From Anaerolineae bacterium (GTDB lineage Bacteria; Chloroflexota; Anaerolineae; S140-20): a stretch of DNA of 64,000 nucleotides. Both the position numbers and the translations under genes were made by a program. A model generated the notes under the pieces. It was not told the origin of the DNA. It worked only from the letters and a program-made list of their open reading frames with translations, and did no database searches. The DNA lies in assembly GCA_027021705.1 (NCBI GenBank), contig JALUTT010000108.1, forward strand, positions 1-64,000, written 5' to 3'. Positions 28,423-36,604 of this stretch are shown one piece after another (the stretch's first letter is position 1; every line of letters starts with the position of its first letter).

Positions 28423-28611
28423 GAAGGCCCACCGATGAACGCGCATACGGTTGGCGTGTGCCCAAAGTCTGCCGGAAGGGATGTGGAGGTGAGCCGTAGG
28501 TCGCCTCTCTACCAACCCGTTTTGGGCACGCGCCCATAGCTGACACCCTGGCCGGGGTGACAGATCTTTCGGCCTTCGATTCCAACTTCTTTCTGGAGCG
28601 CAGGAGGACGG

Positions 28612-30681
28612 ATGAAGGAGTACAAGACAGACCAACTACGCAACGTGGTGCTGCTGGGTCACGGCAGCAGTGGGAAGACCTCCCTCGGCGAAGCGATGCT
28701 CTTCAACAGCGGGGCCATCAACCGGATGGGCCGGGTGGAAGACGGTACGACCGTCTCCGACTACGACGAGGAAGAGATCCGACGTCGCATCTCCCTTAGC
28801 CTCTCGCTGCTGCCCTGCGAATGGAAGGGACACAAGATTAACATCATAGACACACCGGGCTACATGGACTTCGTGGGGGAGGTGAAGAGCGCCACGCGGG
28901 TGGCCGACCTAGCCCTCATTTTGGTGGACGCCGTCGCCGGGGTGGAGGTGGGCACCGAACTGGTCTGGCAGTATGCCGACGAGGTGGGACTGCCTCGCGC
29001 AGTCTTTATCAACAAGATGAACCGGGATAACGCCGACTTCCGCCGCACGCTCCAAGCCCTGGAGCAGGCTTTTGATGCCACCTTCGTCCCCGTCCAGCTC
29101 CCCATCGGCAGTCAGGCCGACTTCCAAGGCGTGGTGGACCTGATCAACGGTCAGGCCCTGCGGGGACCCCAGGCCGAGGCCGGGGAGGTGCCCGCCGATA
29201 TGGCCGACGAGGTTGAGGAACTCCGCATCAGCACGATGGAGACAGCCGCCGAAGGGGACGACGAGCTGATCACCAAGTACCTGGAGGGGGAGGAGCTGAC
29301 CGAGGAAGAGGTGCGCCAAGGGCTGAAGGCAGCGATGCTGACCGGCGAGGTGGTCCCCGTCTTCTGCGGCGCGGCCACGGAGAACCTGGGCATCATCCCG
29401 CTGATGGATGCGCTGATCGCGCTGGCCCCCTCACCCCGGGAGCGTGGGCCGGTGGTCGCCCAGACGCCGGCCGGTGAGGAGGAGGAGCTCCTCCCCGACG
29501 AGGCCGGTCCTCTGGCCGCCCTGGTCTTCAAGACAGCCGCTGACCCCTACGTGGGCAAGCTGACCTACTTCCGGGTCTATAGCGGGACGATGGTCTCCGA
29601 CGCCCGCGTCTTCAACAGCCGGGCCCGGGAGGAGGAGCGGATCGGCCAGCTCTACGTGATGCGCGGGAAGGAGCAGATCCCCGTCGCCCGCCTCTACCCC
29701 GGTGACATCGGGGCGGTGGCGAAGCTGGCTCACACGCTGACGGGGGATACCCTCTGCGACCGGGGTTATCCACTGATCCTGCCGGGCATCACCTTCCCCA
29801 GCCCCCTCTACAGCGTGGCCGTCTACCCCAAGACCAAGAGCGACCAGGCCAAGATGGGGCCCACGTTGACCCGCATCTGCGAGGAGGACCCCACGCTGCG
29901 CTGGCACCAGGACCCCAGCACCCGGGAGACGATCCTCTCCGGGATGGGGGAGGCCCACGTGAACATTGCGGTGCGCCGGATGGCCAACCGCTTTGGCGTC
30001 AGCGTCGAGACCCGTCTGCCCAAGGTCCCCTACCGGGAGACGATCACCCAGGTGGCGCGGGCCCAGTACCGCCACAAGAAGCAGACGGGAGGGGCCGGCC
30101 AGTTCGCCGAGGTGCACCTGCGGGTGGAGCCGCTGCCCCGCGACACCGGCTTCGAGTACGGTTGGGAGGTCTTCGGCGGGGCCATCTCCAGCTCCTTCCA
30201 GCCTTCCATCGAGAAGGGCATCAAGCAGGTGATGGAGCAGGGGGTGATCGCCGGCTACCCGGTGGTGGACATCAAGGCGGTGGTCTACGACGGCAAGGAG
30301 CACCCGGTGGACTCCAAGGACATCGCCTTCCAGATCGCCGGCCGCGAGGTCTTCAAGCTGGCGGTCCAGCAGGCGGGGCCGGTCCTGCTGGAGCCCATCT
30401 ACCGCCTAACCATCACCGTGCCGGAGGAGTTCACCGGCGACGTGATGTCGGACCTGAACACGAAGCGGGCTCGGGTGCAGGGGATGGACCAGCGAGGCGG
30501 CAAGAGCATCATCCAAGCCCTGGCTCCCTTGGCGGAACTGCTCCGCTACGCCACCGACCTCCGCTCCCTGACCCAGGGGCGAGGCGTCTTCACGATGGAG
30601 TTCTCCCACTACGAGGAGGTGCCGGCCCACCTGGCCCAGCAGATCATCGAGCAGGCGAAGCAGGAGAAGGAGAAGGCGTAG
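28612..30681 (+). CDS. fusA: Elongation factor G paralogue (EF-G2-like), outside the str operon
   Basis: GHGSSGKT, DTPGYMDF, NKMN, PKVPYRETI, KKQTGGAGQF, HPVDS; RRISL replaces canonical RGITI. Confidence 0.92.
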   Translation: MKEYKTDQLRNVVLLGHGSSGKTSLGEAMLFNSGAINRMGRVEDGTTVSDYDEEEIRRRISLSLSLLPCEWKGHKINIIDTPGYMDFVGEVKSATRVADLALILVDAVAGVEVGTELVWQYADEVGLPRAVFINKMNRDNADFRRTLQALEQAFDATFVPVQLPIGSQADFQGVVDLINGQALRGPQAEAGEVPADMADEVEELRISTMETAAEGDDELITKYLEGEELTEEEVRQGLKAAMLTGEVVPVFCGAATENLGIIPLMDALIALAPSPRERGPVVAQTPAGEEEELLPDEAGPLAALVFKTAADPYVGKLTYFRVYSGTMVSDARVFNSRAREEERIGQLYVMRGKEQIPVARLYPGDIGAVAKLAHTLTGDTLCDRGYPLILPGITFPSPLYSVAVYPKTKSDQAKMGPTLTRICEEDPTLRWHQDPSTRETILSGMGEAHVNIAVRRMANRFGVSVETRLPKVPYRETITQVARAQYRHKKQTGGAGQFAEVHLRVEPLPRDTGFEYGWEVFGGAISSSFQPSIEKGIKQVMEQGVIAGYPVVDIKAVVYDGKEHPVDSKDIAFQIAGREVFKLAVQQAGPVLLEPIYRLTITVPEEFTGDVMSDLNTKRARVQGMDQRGGKSIIQALAPLAELLRYATDLRSLTQGRGVFTMEFSHYEEVPAHLAQQIIEQAKQEKEKA

Positions 30682-30754
30682 CACCAGACCCGTCGGCTCC
30701 CTCCCTCCGCCCACATCAGAGAGCGCATCCGGCGAAAGCCGCCACGCCATCCCT

Positions 30755-30788
30755 GCCCGCCGGCGTCCTCATCGCCGGCGGGCCTTTT
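30755..30788 (+). terminator. Intrinsic terminator after the EF-G paralogue
   Basis: gcccgccggcg-tcctcat-cgccggcgggc then ctttt. Confidence 0.65.
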
Positions 30789-30811
30789 GCACAACCGATA
30801 CGGAGCGGACG

Positions 30812-31561
30812 ATGCGCCCGGTCCTCTTCTACATCGGTCCCTACCCCGTCTTCTCGTATGGGGTGTTCATTCTCCTGGGGGTGATCACCCTCTACGCTAC
30901 TGCGTTGTACCCTGCAAGGAGGGCAGGTTGGGCGTGGGAGGACCTGCTGCCGGTGGCCGCCGGCACGCTGGTGGGGGGGATCTTCGGGGCCCGCATCTCC
31001 CACTTCATCGTTGAGCCAAGCCGGTTCTTCGAGCTCCTAGACTTCTACAGTCTCTTTCGCCCCACCACCCCAGGCAACATCGTCGGCCTGATGGTGGGGG
31101 GTTACCTGGGAGGGTTGCTGGTACGCCACAGCCTGAAGCTGCCCCCACTGGGGAACGTCTTCGCACCTCCTTTGGCCGCCGCCAGCGTCCTCTGGCGCAT
31201 CGGCTGCACCTTGGGCGGGTGCTGCTACGGCAAGGAGACCCGGCTGCCCTGGAGCATCTACCTGGACGGTGCCGACCGCCATCCCACGATGGTCTACGAG
31301 GGGCTCTTCAACCTGGTCGCCCTCTTTGCCCTCCTGCGGCTGCGCCCCCGATTTGGGGACGATGACGACCTGCTGCACCTCTACTTCACCGCCTACGCCT
31401 TCTTCCGCTTTTGGCTGGAGTTCCTGCGGCTCTACCCCCGCATCGCCCTTGGCCTCACCGGCATCCAGTACCTCTGCCTGGTCATCCTGCTCTGGCAGGG
31501 GGTGCGGTGGGGGCGCGGGCGGTACAGGCCGGGTCGGTGGCGCAAAGCCGTGAGGATCTGA
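30812..31561 (+). CDS. lgt: Prolipoprotein diacylglyceryl transferase family protein
   Basis: MRPVLF..SYG, GARI, RIGCxxGGCCYG, HPTMVYE, RFWLEFLR. Confidence 0.78.
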   Translation: MRPVLFYIGPYPVFSYGVFILLGVITLYATALYPARRAGWAWEDLLPVAAGTLVGGIFGARISHFIVEPSRFFELLDFYSLFRPTTPGNIVGLMVGGYLGGLLVRHSLKLPPLGNVFAPPLAAASVLWRIGCTLGGCCYGKETRLPWSIYLDGADRHPTMVYEGLFNLVALFALLRLRPRFGDDDDLLHLYFTAYAFFRFWLEFLRLYPRIALGLTGIQYLCLVILLWQGVRWGRGRYRPGRWRKAVRI

Positions 31562-31579
31562 CGCAGAACCTGACGCCGA

Positions 31580-31607
31580 TGAAACCTCTGCCCACCTCGC
31601 CCGTCTA
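31580..31607 (+). promoter_or_regulatory. ECF-type promoter upstream of the ECF sigma gene (probably autoregulatory)
   Basis: TGAAAC-16bp-CGTCTA. Confidence 0.75.
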
Positions 31608-31622
31608 ACCAGAGAGAGGGTT

Positions 31623-32216
31623 ATGGCTGACGACGCTGCCATCCTGCAGGCGCTGCGGGCCGGCGATGCGAGCGCCCTGGCCGCGCTCTTCGACACCTAC
31701 GCCGACCGCCTCTACCGGCTGGCCCTGGGCTTGCTGCGCAACCCCGACGAGGCCGAGGACGTGGTCCAGGAGACCTTCCTGAAGGCGCTGACCCACCTCG
31801 ACCGGTTCGAGGGCCGTTCCCGCCTGAGCACCTGGCTCTACCGGGTGGCCTACAACGCCAGCATAGACCGTCTGCGTCGTCAGGGGGAGAGCGCCCTACC
31901 CTCCGACGACCGGGAGACCGAGGAGGCCGGCGCGGTGCCGCTGCCCCAAGTATTGGTGGAATGGCGCACCCCTGAGGAGATCCTCATTGACGCCGAGGCG
32001 CAGGCCGCCCTGGACGAAGCGATCCAAGCGCTATCGGAAAGCCTGCGCGTCGTCTTCGTCCTGCGGGACATCGAGGGACTCTCCACCGCCGAGACGGCCC
32101 AGGTGCTGGGAATCTCACCGGGCGCGGTCAAGGTCCGCTTGCACCGCGCCCGGCTCGCCTTGCGGGAACGGCTGGCCCTGCTTTTCGCCGGCCCTCCCGG
32201 AGGTCAAGGACGATGA
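31623..32216 (+). CDS. ECF RNA polymerase sigma factor
   Basis: AEDVVQETF, STWLYRVAYN, region 4 GLSTAETAQVLGISPGAVKVRLHRAR. Confidence 0.93.
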   Translation: MADDAAILQALRAGDASALAALFDTYADRLYRLALGLLRNPDEAEDVVQETFLKALTHLDRFEGRSRLSTWLYRVAYNASIDRLRRQGESALPSDDRETEEAGAVPLPQVLVEWRTPEEILIDAEAQAALDEAIQALSESLRVVFVLRDIEGLSTAETAQVLGISPGAVKVRLHRARLALRERLALLFAGPPGGQGR

Positions 32217-32476
32217 ACTGTGAGGAGCTAATCCGCTATCTGTCAGACTACATTGACCGGGAGTTGGACGAGGAACTGCGGGCCGATGCCCAGGAGCACC
32301 TGGCCACCTGTCGCAACTGTCGGGTGGTGCTGGACACGACCCAGCAGATGATCTTCCTCTACCGTCGCACCGGCCGTCGGGCCATCCCCGCCGAGCGGCG
32401 AGGCCGGCTCTTCCGGCGCTTGCAGGAGGCTTTCCAGGGGAGCGGCACTGGGACGACCGCCGATCAAGCGGCCTAG
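32213..32476 (+). CDS. Soluble zinc-binding anti-sigma factor (ZAS, zf-HC2)
   Basis: MNC...LSDYIDREL...HLATCRNC; ATGA overlap with the sigma gene. Confidence 0.88.
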   Translation: MNCEELIRYLSDYIDRELDEELRADAQEHLATCRNCRVVLDTTQQMIFLYRRTGRRAIPAERRGRLFRRLQEAFQGSGTGTTADQAA

Positions 32477-32496
32477 CGGCCTAGCGGCCTGGCGGC

Positions 32497-32612
32497 GGAC
32501 TCAGGACTGAGGACCAAGGACCAAACGACCAAGCGACCACCTGACCACCTGACCAAGGAGCAGGCACCAAGGGCTGGGAGGACTGTGGACTGCGGACTGC
32601 GGACTGAGGACT
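32497..32612. repeat. 7-8 bp micro-tandem repeats (GGACTGN and GACCANNN)
   Basis: ggactca ggactga ggaccaa ggaccaa ... gaccacct gaccacct ... ggactgt ggactgc ggactgc ggactga. Confidence 0.75.
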
Positions 32613-32615
32613 CCC

Positions 32616-32643
32616 TGTAACTTTTCGCCCCCTTTCGCGTCTA
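32616..32643 (+). promoter_or_regulatory. Second ECF-type promoter, upstream of the DUF2892 gene
   Basis: TGTAAC-16bp-CGTCTA. Confidence 0.75.
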
Positions 32644-32693
32644 AAGGGTAGATGTTCAGAAAACCCGCAATGCTGGAAAGGAGGGAACAAGCG

Positions 32694-32897
32694 ATGGGCT
32701 TCATCAACGAAGCAGGATGGGACCGGATCATTCGGGTGGTGCTGGGAATCATCCTGCTCTACCTGGGGTGGGGAGGCGTGGTCACCGGAGGGTTGGGCCT
32801 TGCCCTTAAAATCATCGGCTTCATCCCTCTGATCACCGGCTTGATCGGCTGGTGCCCCCTCTACCACCTGCTCAGGTTCAGCACCAAGAAAGCCTGA
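32694..32897 (+). CDS. Small DUF2892/YgaP-like membrane protein
   Basis: NEAGWDRIIRVVLG...TGLIGWCPLY. Confidence 0.85.
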   Translation: MGFINEAGWDRIIRVVLGIILLYLGWGGVVTGGLGLALKIIGFIPLITGLIGWCPLYHLLRFSTKKA

Positions 32898-33106
32898 TGG
32901 ACCTAACGGGGCCGGCGGACTGCGGATCCGCCCCGCCCCCTCTGCTCCCGTCGGAGGTGTGATCCGGCAGCCCTGATGGACCGCGAATCCGCCGAGAGCC
33001 TGGGAAGGCCGAGCGCTTTAGCAAGTCCGAGAGCCCTGGCTAGGGGCGGGTGGATCTCCCATCCGCCCCTCTCCGTTACAGGTTCAGAGAGGCGAAGGAC
33101 GAGGCG

Positions 33107-33628
33107 ATGTCACAGACTCCCTTTCTCGAACGCCTGCACCACCACGAGCGTCCCGTCGTGGTGGACGTCTGGGCACCCTGGTGCGTCCCCTGTCGAACCA
33201 TCGAGCCGGCCCTGGACCGGCTGGCGGAGCGCTACGCCGGTCGGGTGGACCTGTGGCGGGTGAACGCCGATGAGGAGCCGGAGCTGGTCCGCGCCTTGGG
33301 GGTGTACGGCGTGCCCACCCTCATCAGCTTCCGCCGAGGAGAGGAGATCGCCCGCCGCACCGGTGCCCTGTCGGAGAAAGCCCTGACCGAGCTCTTCGAG
33401 GTAGCTCTCTCCGGCCAGGGCCTGGCCCATCCCCGCCTGATGGCCACCGACCGCACCCTACGGCTGCTGGCGGGAGGGGCGCTCCTGGTCCTGGGCTGGC
33501 TGGGCGGTCCTTCCCCTGCCTTGCTGGTCATCGGGGGGATTGTGCTCTTCAGCGGTGTCTACGACCGCTGCCCCCTGTGGCGGGCCATCGTGCCCCGGCT
33601 GGTCACTGCCCTCCGCCAAGAGAGGTGA
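33107..33628 (+). CDS. Thioredoxin fused to a C-terminal DUF2892-like membrane domain
   Basis: WAPWCVPC, GVPTL; tail DRTLRL...YDRCPLW. Confidence 0.85.
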   Translation: MSQTPFLERLHHHERPVVVDVWAPWCVPCRTIEPALDRLAERYAGRVDLWRVNADEEPELVRALGVYGVPTLISFRRGEEIARRTGALSEKALTELFEVALSGQGLAHPRLMATDRTLRLLAGGALLVLGWLGGPSPALLVIGGIVLFSGVYDRCPLWRAIVPRLVTALRQER

Positions 33629-33629
33629 G

Positions 33630-34484
33630 ATGAGCACCCGTACCCTGCTGGTTGTCTTCGCCCACCCCGACGATGAGTCCTTCGGCACCGGCGGTACCCT
33701 GGCCCACTACGCGGCGCAGGGGGTGCGCGTGGCCCTGGTCTGCGCCACCCGGGGGGAGGCCGGCGAGATCTCCGACCCCGCGCTGGCGACGCCGGAGACC
33801 CTGGGCACGGTGCGGGAGGCGGAGCTCCGCTGCGCCGCCCAGGCCCTGGGCATCGCCGACCTCATCTTCCTGGGGTATCGAGATTCGGGAATGGCCGGGA
33901 GTCCCGACAACGAGGACCCCCGCGCCTTCGTCAACGCCGACGCCGACGAGGTGGTCCGGCGGCTGGTGGGGATCATCCGCCGCCTGCGTCCCCAGGTCGT
34001 CATCACCTTCGAGCCCAACGGCGGGTATGGCCACCCGGACCACATCGCCATCCACCGCCACACGGTGGCCGCCTTCCGCGCCGCTGCTGATCCGGCCCGC
34101 TACCCCGACCAGGGCCCTCCCTGGCAGCCAGCCCGCCTCTTCTACACGGCCATCCCTCGCTCCGTCTTCGTGAGGATGCGAGAGCGGATGGTTGCGCTGG
34201 GCCTGGACACCCACGACCTGGACCGCATTCTGGAGTGGCGGCGGGGGTGGTCCGACGAGCAGGTCCACGTGGTGCTGGACGTGGCGGGGGTCGTTGAGGC
34301 CAAGTGGACGGCCATCCACTGCCACCGCACCCAGATCGGTCCCGGTCACCTCTTCCGGCGCCTGCCCGAGGCGGAGATGAAGCGGCTGATGAGCCGGGAG
34401 TACTACGAGCTGGCCTGGCCGGCCCCCACCCCCGGTCAGCGGCTTTCGGACCTCTTCGCCGGGATCGAGGCGGTCAACGAATGA
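33630..34484 (+). CDS. PIG-L family deacetylase (MshB/Mca/BshB-like)
   Basis: FAHPDDE, ATRGEAGE, YRDSGM, GGYGHPDH, HRTQ. Confidence 0.9.
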   Translation: MSTRTLLVVFAHPDDESFGTGGTLAHYAAQGVRVALVCATRGEAGEISDPALATPETLGTVREAELRCAAQALGIADLIFLGYRDSGMAGSPDNEDPRAFVNADADEVVRRLVGIIRRLRPQVVITFEPNGGYGHPDHIAIHRHTVAAFRAAADPARYPDQGPPWQPARLFYTAIPRSVFVRMRERMVALGLDTHDLDRILEWRRGWSDEQVHVVLDVAGVVEAKWTAIHCHRTQIGPGHLFRRLPEAEMKRLMSREYYELAWPAPTPGQRLSDLFAGIEAVNE

Positions 34485-34548
34485 GGGGGGGATTGTGCTC
34501 CACAATCCGTTGATCCGTTGAACCCTTGTTGACCGAGAGATTAAGAGC

Positions 34549-35262
34549 CTACACCAGGGGCCAGGGGACACGACGACCGGGGCCGGGATGGGGGAAAGTG
34601 CGCTGTTGCAGCAGGTGCCGAATGCGGTGCCGGAAGGCTCGCACCTCCGGCCCGGCGAGCAGTGAGGAAAGAGCCTCCGCGAGGGGCGTCGGGGCGGCCA
34701 GGGCCTCTTCCAGCCGGCTCAGGTCCTCCAGGATGGGCTCGGGGATGGGCTGGCCGGCGAAGTCCCAGATCACCGTGCGCAGCTTGTACTGGGCGTGGAA
34801 GGTCACCCCGTGGTCAATCACCCAGATGTGGTCCTGCCGATCCCGCAGGACGTGGCCTGACTTGCGATCGGCGTTGTTGATCACGTAGTCGAAGACGGCG
34901 ATGCGCCGGAACTGGGGGACGAAGCGGCCTCGCATCGTGAAGTAGTGCTCCTCTGGGTCCGCCTCCACGTAGAGCTGCACCATCCCGAAGCCGTGGGGAC
35001 CGTCGCGCAGCACCGTAGGCGGGACCAAGGACCAACCCAAAGCCTCGCTGACCAGAAAGGCCGCGTATTCGCGCAGACAGAGGGTGCCTTGGGGGAAGTC
35101 CCACAGAGGGGTTTCCCCGGCCCTGGGCTTGTAGACGGCCAGGCTCTCCAGAGCCTCGTCCTTCAGATGGACCAGGAAGGTGTAGTTGGAGCTCCAGGGC
35201 AGCAGCCCGCGCACCTCGATGGCAGCCTTTTCGAGCAACCGGAGGAGACGCTCCTTCTCCAC
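34549..35262 (-). CDS. SCO1664-family PI3/4-kinase-like protein
   Basis: SSNYTF, VYKPRAGETPLWDFP, REYAA, NNADRKSGH, IDHGVTF. Confidence 0.88.
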   Translation of the reverse strand: MEKERLLRLLEKAAIEVRGLLPWSSNYTFLVHLKDEALESLAVYKPRAGETPLWDFPQGTLCLREYAAFLVSEALGWSLVPPTVLRDGPHGFGMVQLYVEADPEEHYFTMRGRFVPQFRRIAVFDYVINNADRKSGHVLRDRQDHIWVIDHGVTFHAQYKLRTVIWDFAGQPIPEPILEDLSRLEEALAAPTPLAEALSSLLAGPEVRAFRHRIRHLLQQRTFPHPGPGRRVPWPLV

Positions 35263-35280
35263 AGGCCTCTGGGATCCAGC

Positions 35281-35395
35281 GCTCTAACCCTTGGGGAGAA
35301 CCCTCCCGCAGGTCCCCTCCACAGCCCGGAGCACGTCGTAGGCAGCCTTCGATATCCTATGGCGGTCGCCTGGCGCCGCGAGACCTGCGGGAGGG
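35281..35395. repeat. MITE/REP-like element (family C), copy 1
   Basis: 14-bp inverted repeat ccctcccgcaggtc / gacctgcgggaggg; homologous to 37977-38089. Confidence 0.8.
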
Positions 35396-35403
35396 ATTGG
35401 AAA

Positions 35404-35922
35404 CTACCTCTGCCGGCCGTTCTTGCGAGGGCAGAAGTGGCCTTCGGGATTGTCGAGATCCATCGGTTCGCCGCAGAGGGGACAGATGGGCCGACCGGCG
35501 GCCACGACCTGCAGGGCGTGCTCGCTTAGCGCCCCCATCTGGCGGCGGGTGGCCCAAAAGCGGGCCACCGCAGCCATCTCCTCCTCTCCCTCTCCCGTCA
35601 GCTCCTGAGCGACCACAACCAGCAGGTCCTCTGTGTCATCGTAGCCGAGCCCCAGTTGGCCCACCCGGAAAGCGGGGATGAGGGGCTCTTTCAGTTCCAG
35701 GTCCACCTCTGTCGCCTCCAGATCAGAGAGGTCCTCGCCCAACTGCTCCAGAAGCTGGCGGACGGCGATGGCGAGTGCGTAGGCGTGCTCTTTCTCGATG
35801 ATCAGGCTGACGAGGGTAAGCCCCTGGCTAGCTTGAAGGAAGAAGGTCCGCCGACCCGGCGGGCCTACAGTGTCAATGGTAATATGGGTGACAGGGTTCA
35901 GGTCGTACTGGAGATAGGGCAT
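35404..35922 (-). CDS. DUF3090 family protein
   Basis: TVGPPGRRTFFLQA, EK, FRVGQLGLGYD, AAGRPICPLCGEP..GHFCPRKNG. Confidence 0.88.
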   Translation of the reverse strand: MPYLQYDLNPVTHITIDTVGPPGRRTFFLQASQGLTLVSLIIEKEHAYALAIAVRQLLEQLGEDLSDLEATEVDLELKEPLIPAFRVGQLGLGYDDTEDLLVVVAQELTGEGEEEMAAVARFWATRRQMGALSEHALQVVAAGRPICPLCGEPMDLDNPEGHFCPRKNGRQR

Positions 35923-35925
35923 AGG

Positions 35926-36603
35926 TCACTCGTCCCCTTCCCGCGAATCAGGAGGCTCCCGCTCCTCTCCCCCTTGATCCCTTCTCGGCCGGCCGGGGAT
36001 GGGCAGGGAGCCATCGTCATTGAGGCGGAGCAGGCGAGGGCCCATCGTGCCGAAAGTGATCACGGTCACCGAGGCAGGGCTGATCACCAACCGTTGGAAG
36101 AGGTCCAGGGGGAGACCGATGAAATGGGCCACGGCCGCCTTAATCACGTCGCTGTGGGAGACCACGGCGACGATTTCCTCTTGGGCCGGGTGGACCTGTA
36201 GGAGGGTCTCCAGGCCGGCAACCACCCGGCTCTGCATCTCGCGCACGCTCTCACCGCCGGGGAAGCGGACTCCGCTGGGGTAGAACTGGATCGCCTGCCA
36301 TAGCTCACTCTTGGAGAGGCTCTCCAAGCTCTCCCCCTCCAGAGCGCCGAAGCGCACCTCCCCCACGGCTTCGAGGATGCGCACGGTCAGTCCCTGGAGG
36401 CGAGCAATGGCCTCCGCCGTCTCCACCGCCCGCTCCAGAGGGCTGGAGTAGATGGCCGTCAGCGGCACATCGGCCAGCCGCCGGGCCAGGGCGGCGGCCT
36501 GTCGTCGCCCCTCCTCGTTCAGGGATACGCCCGGGGTCCAGCCGGCCAGCCGCTTCCCCACCCAGTCGTTGGTCGCGTGGCGGATCAAGAACAGCGTCGC
36601 CAT
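35926..36603 (-). CDS. MSMEG_4193-family histidine phosphatase/phosphomutase
   Basis: LIRHA, LAGWTPGV, SSPLERA, SHSDVIK, LDLFQR; adjacent to DUF3090 and SCO1664 genes. Confidence 0.88.
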   Translation of the reverse strand: MATLFLIRHATNDWVGKRLAGWTPGVSLNEEGRRQAAALARRLADVPLTAIYSSPLERAVETAEAIARLQGLTVRILEAVGEVRFGALEGESLESLSKSELWQAIQFYPSGVRFPGGESVREMQSRVVAGLETLLQVHPAQEEIVAVVSHSDVIKAAVAHFIGLPLDLFQRLVISPASVTVITFGTMGPRLLRLNDDGSLPIPGRPRRDQGGEEREPPDSREGDE

Positions 36604-36604
36604 C

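Noticed and set aside
27877..28635. 252-aa minus-strand ORF in the kinase-EF-G intergenic region
   Set aside because: It has no motifs, overlaps the EF-G start and spans two promoter-like sequences.
33051..33079. Third ECF promoter before the thioredoxin gene (TGGATC...CGTTAC)
   Set aside because: Both elements and the spacing deviate from the two clear copies, and the sequence is part of a GC-rich hairpin.
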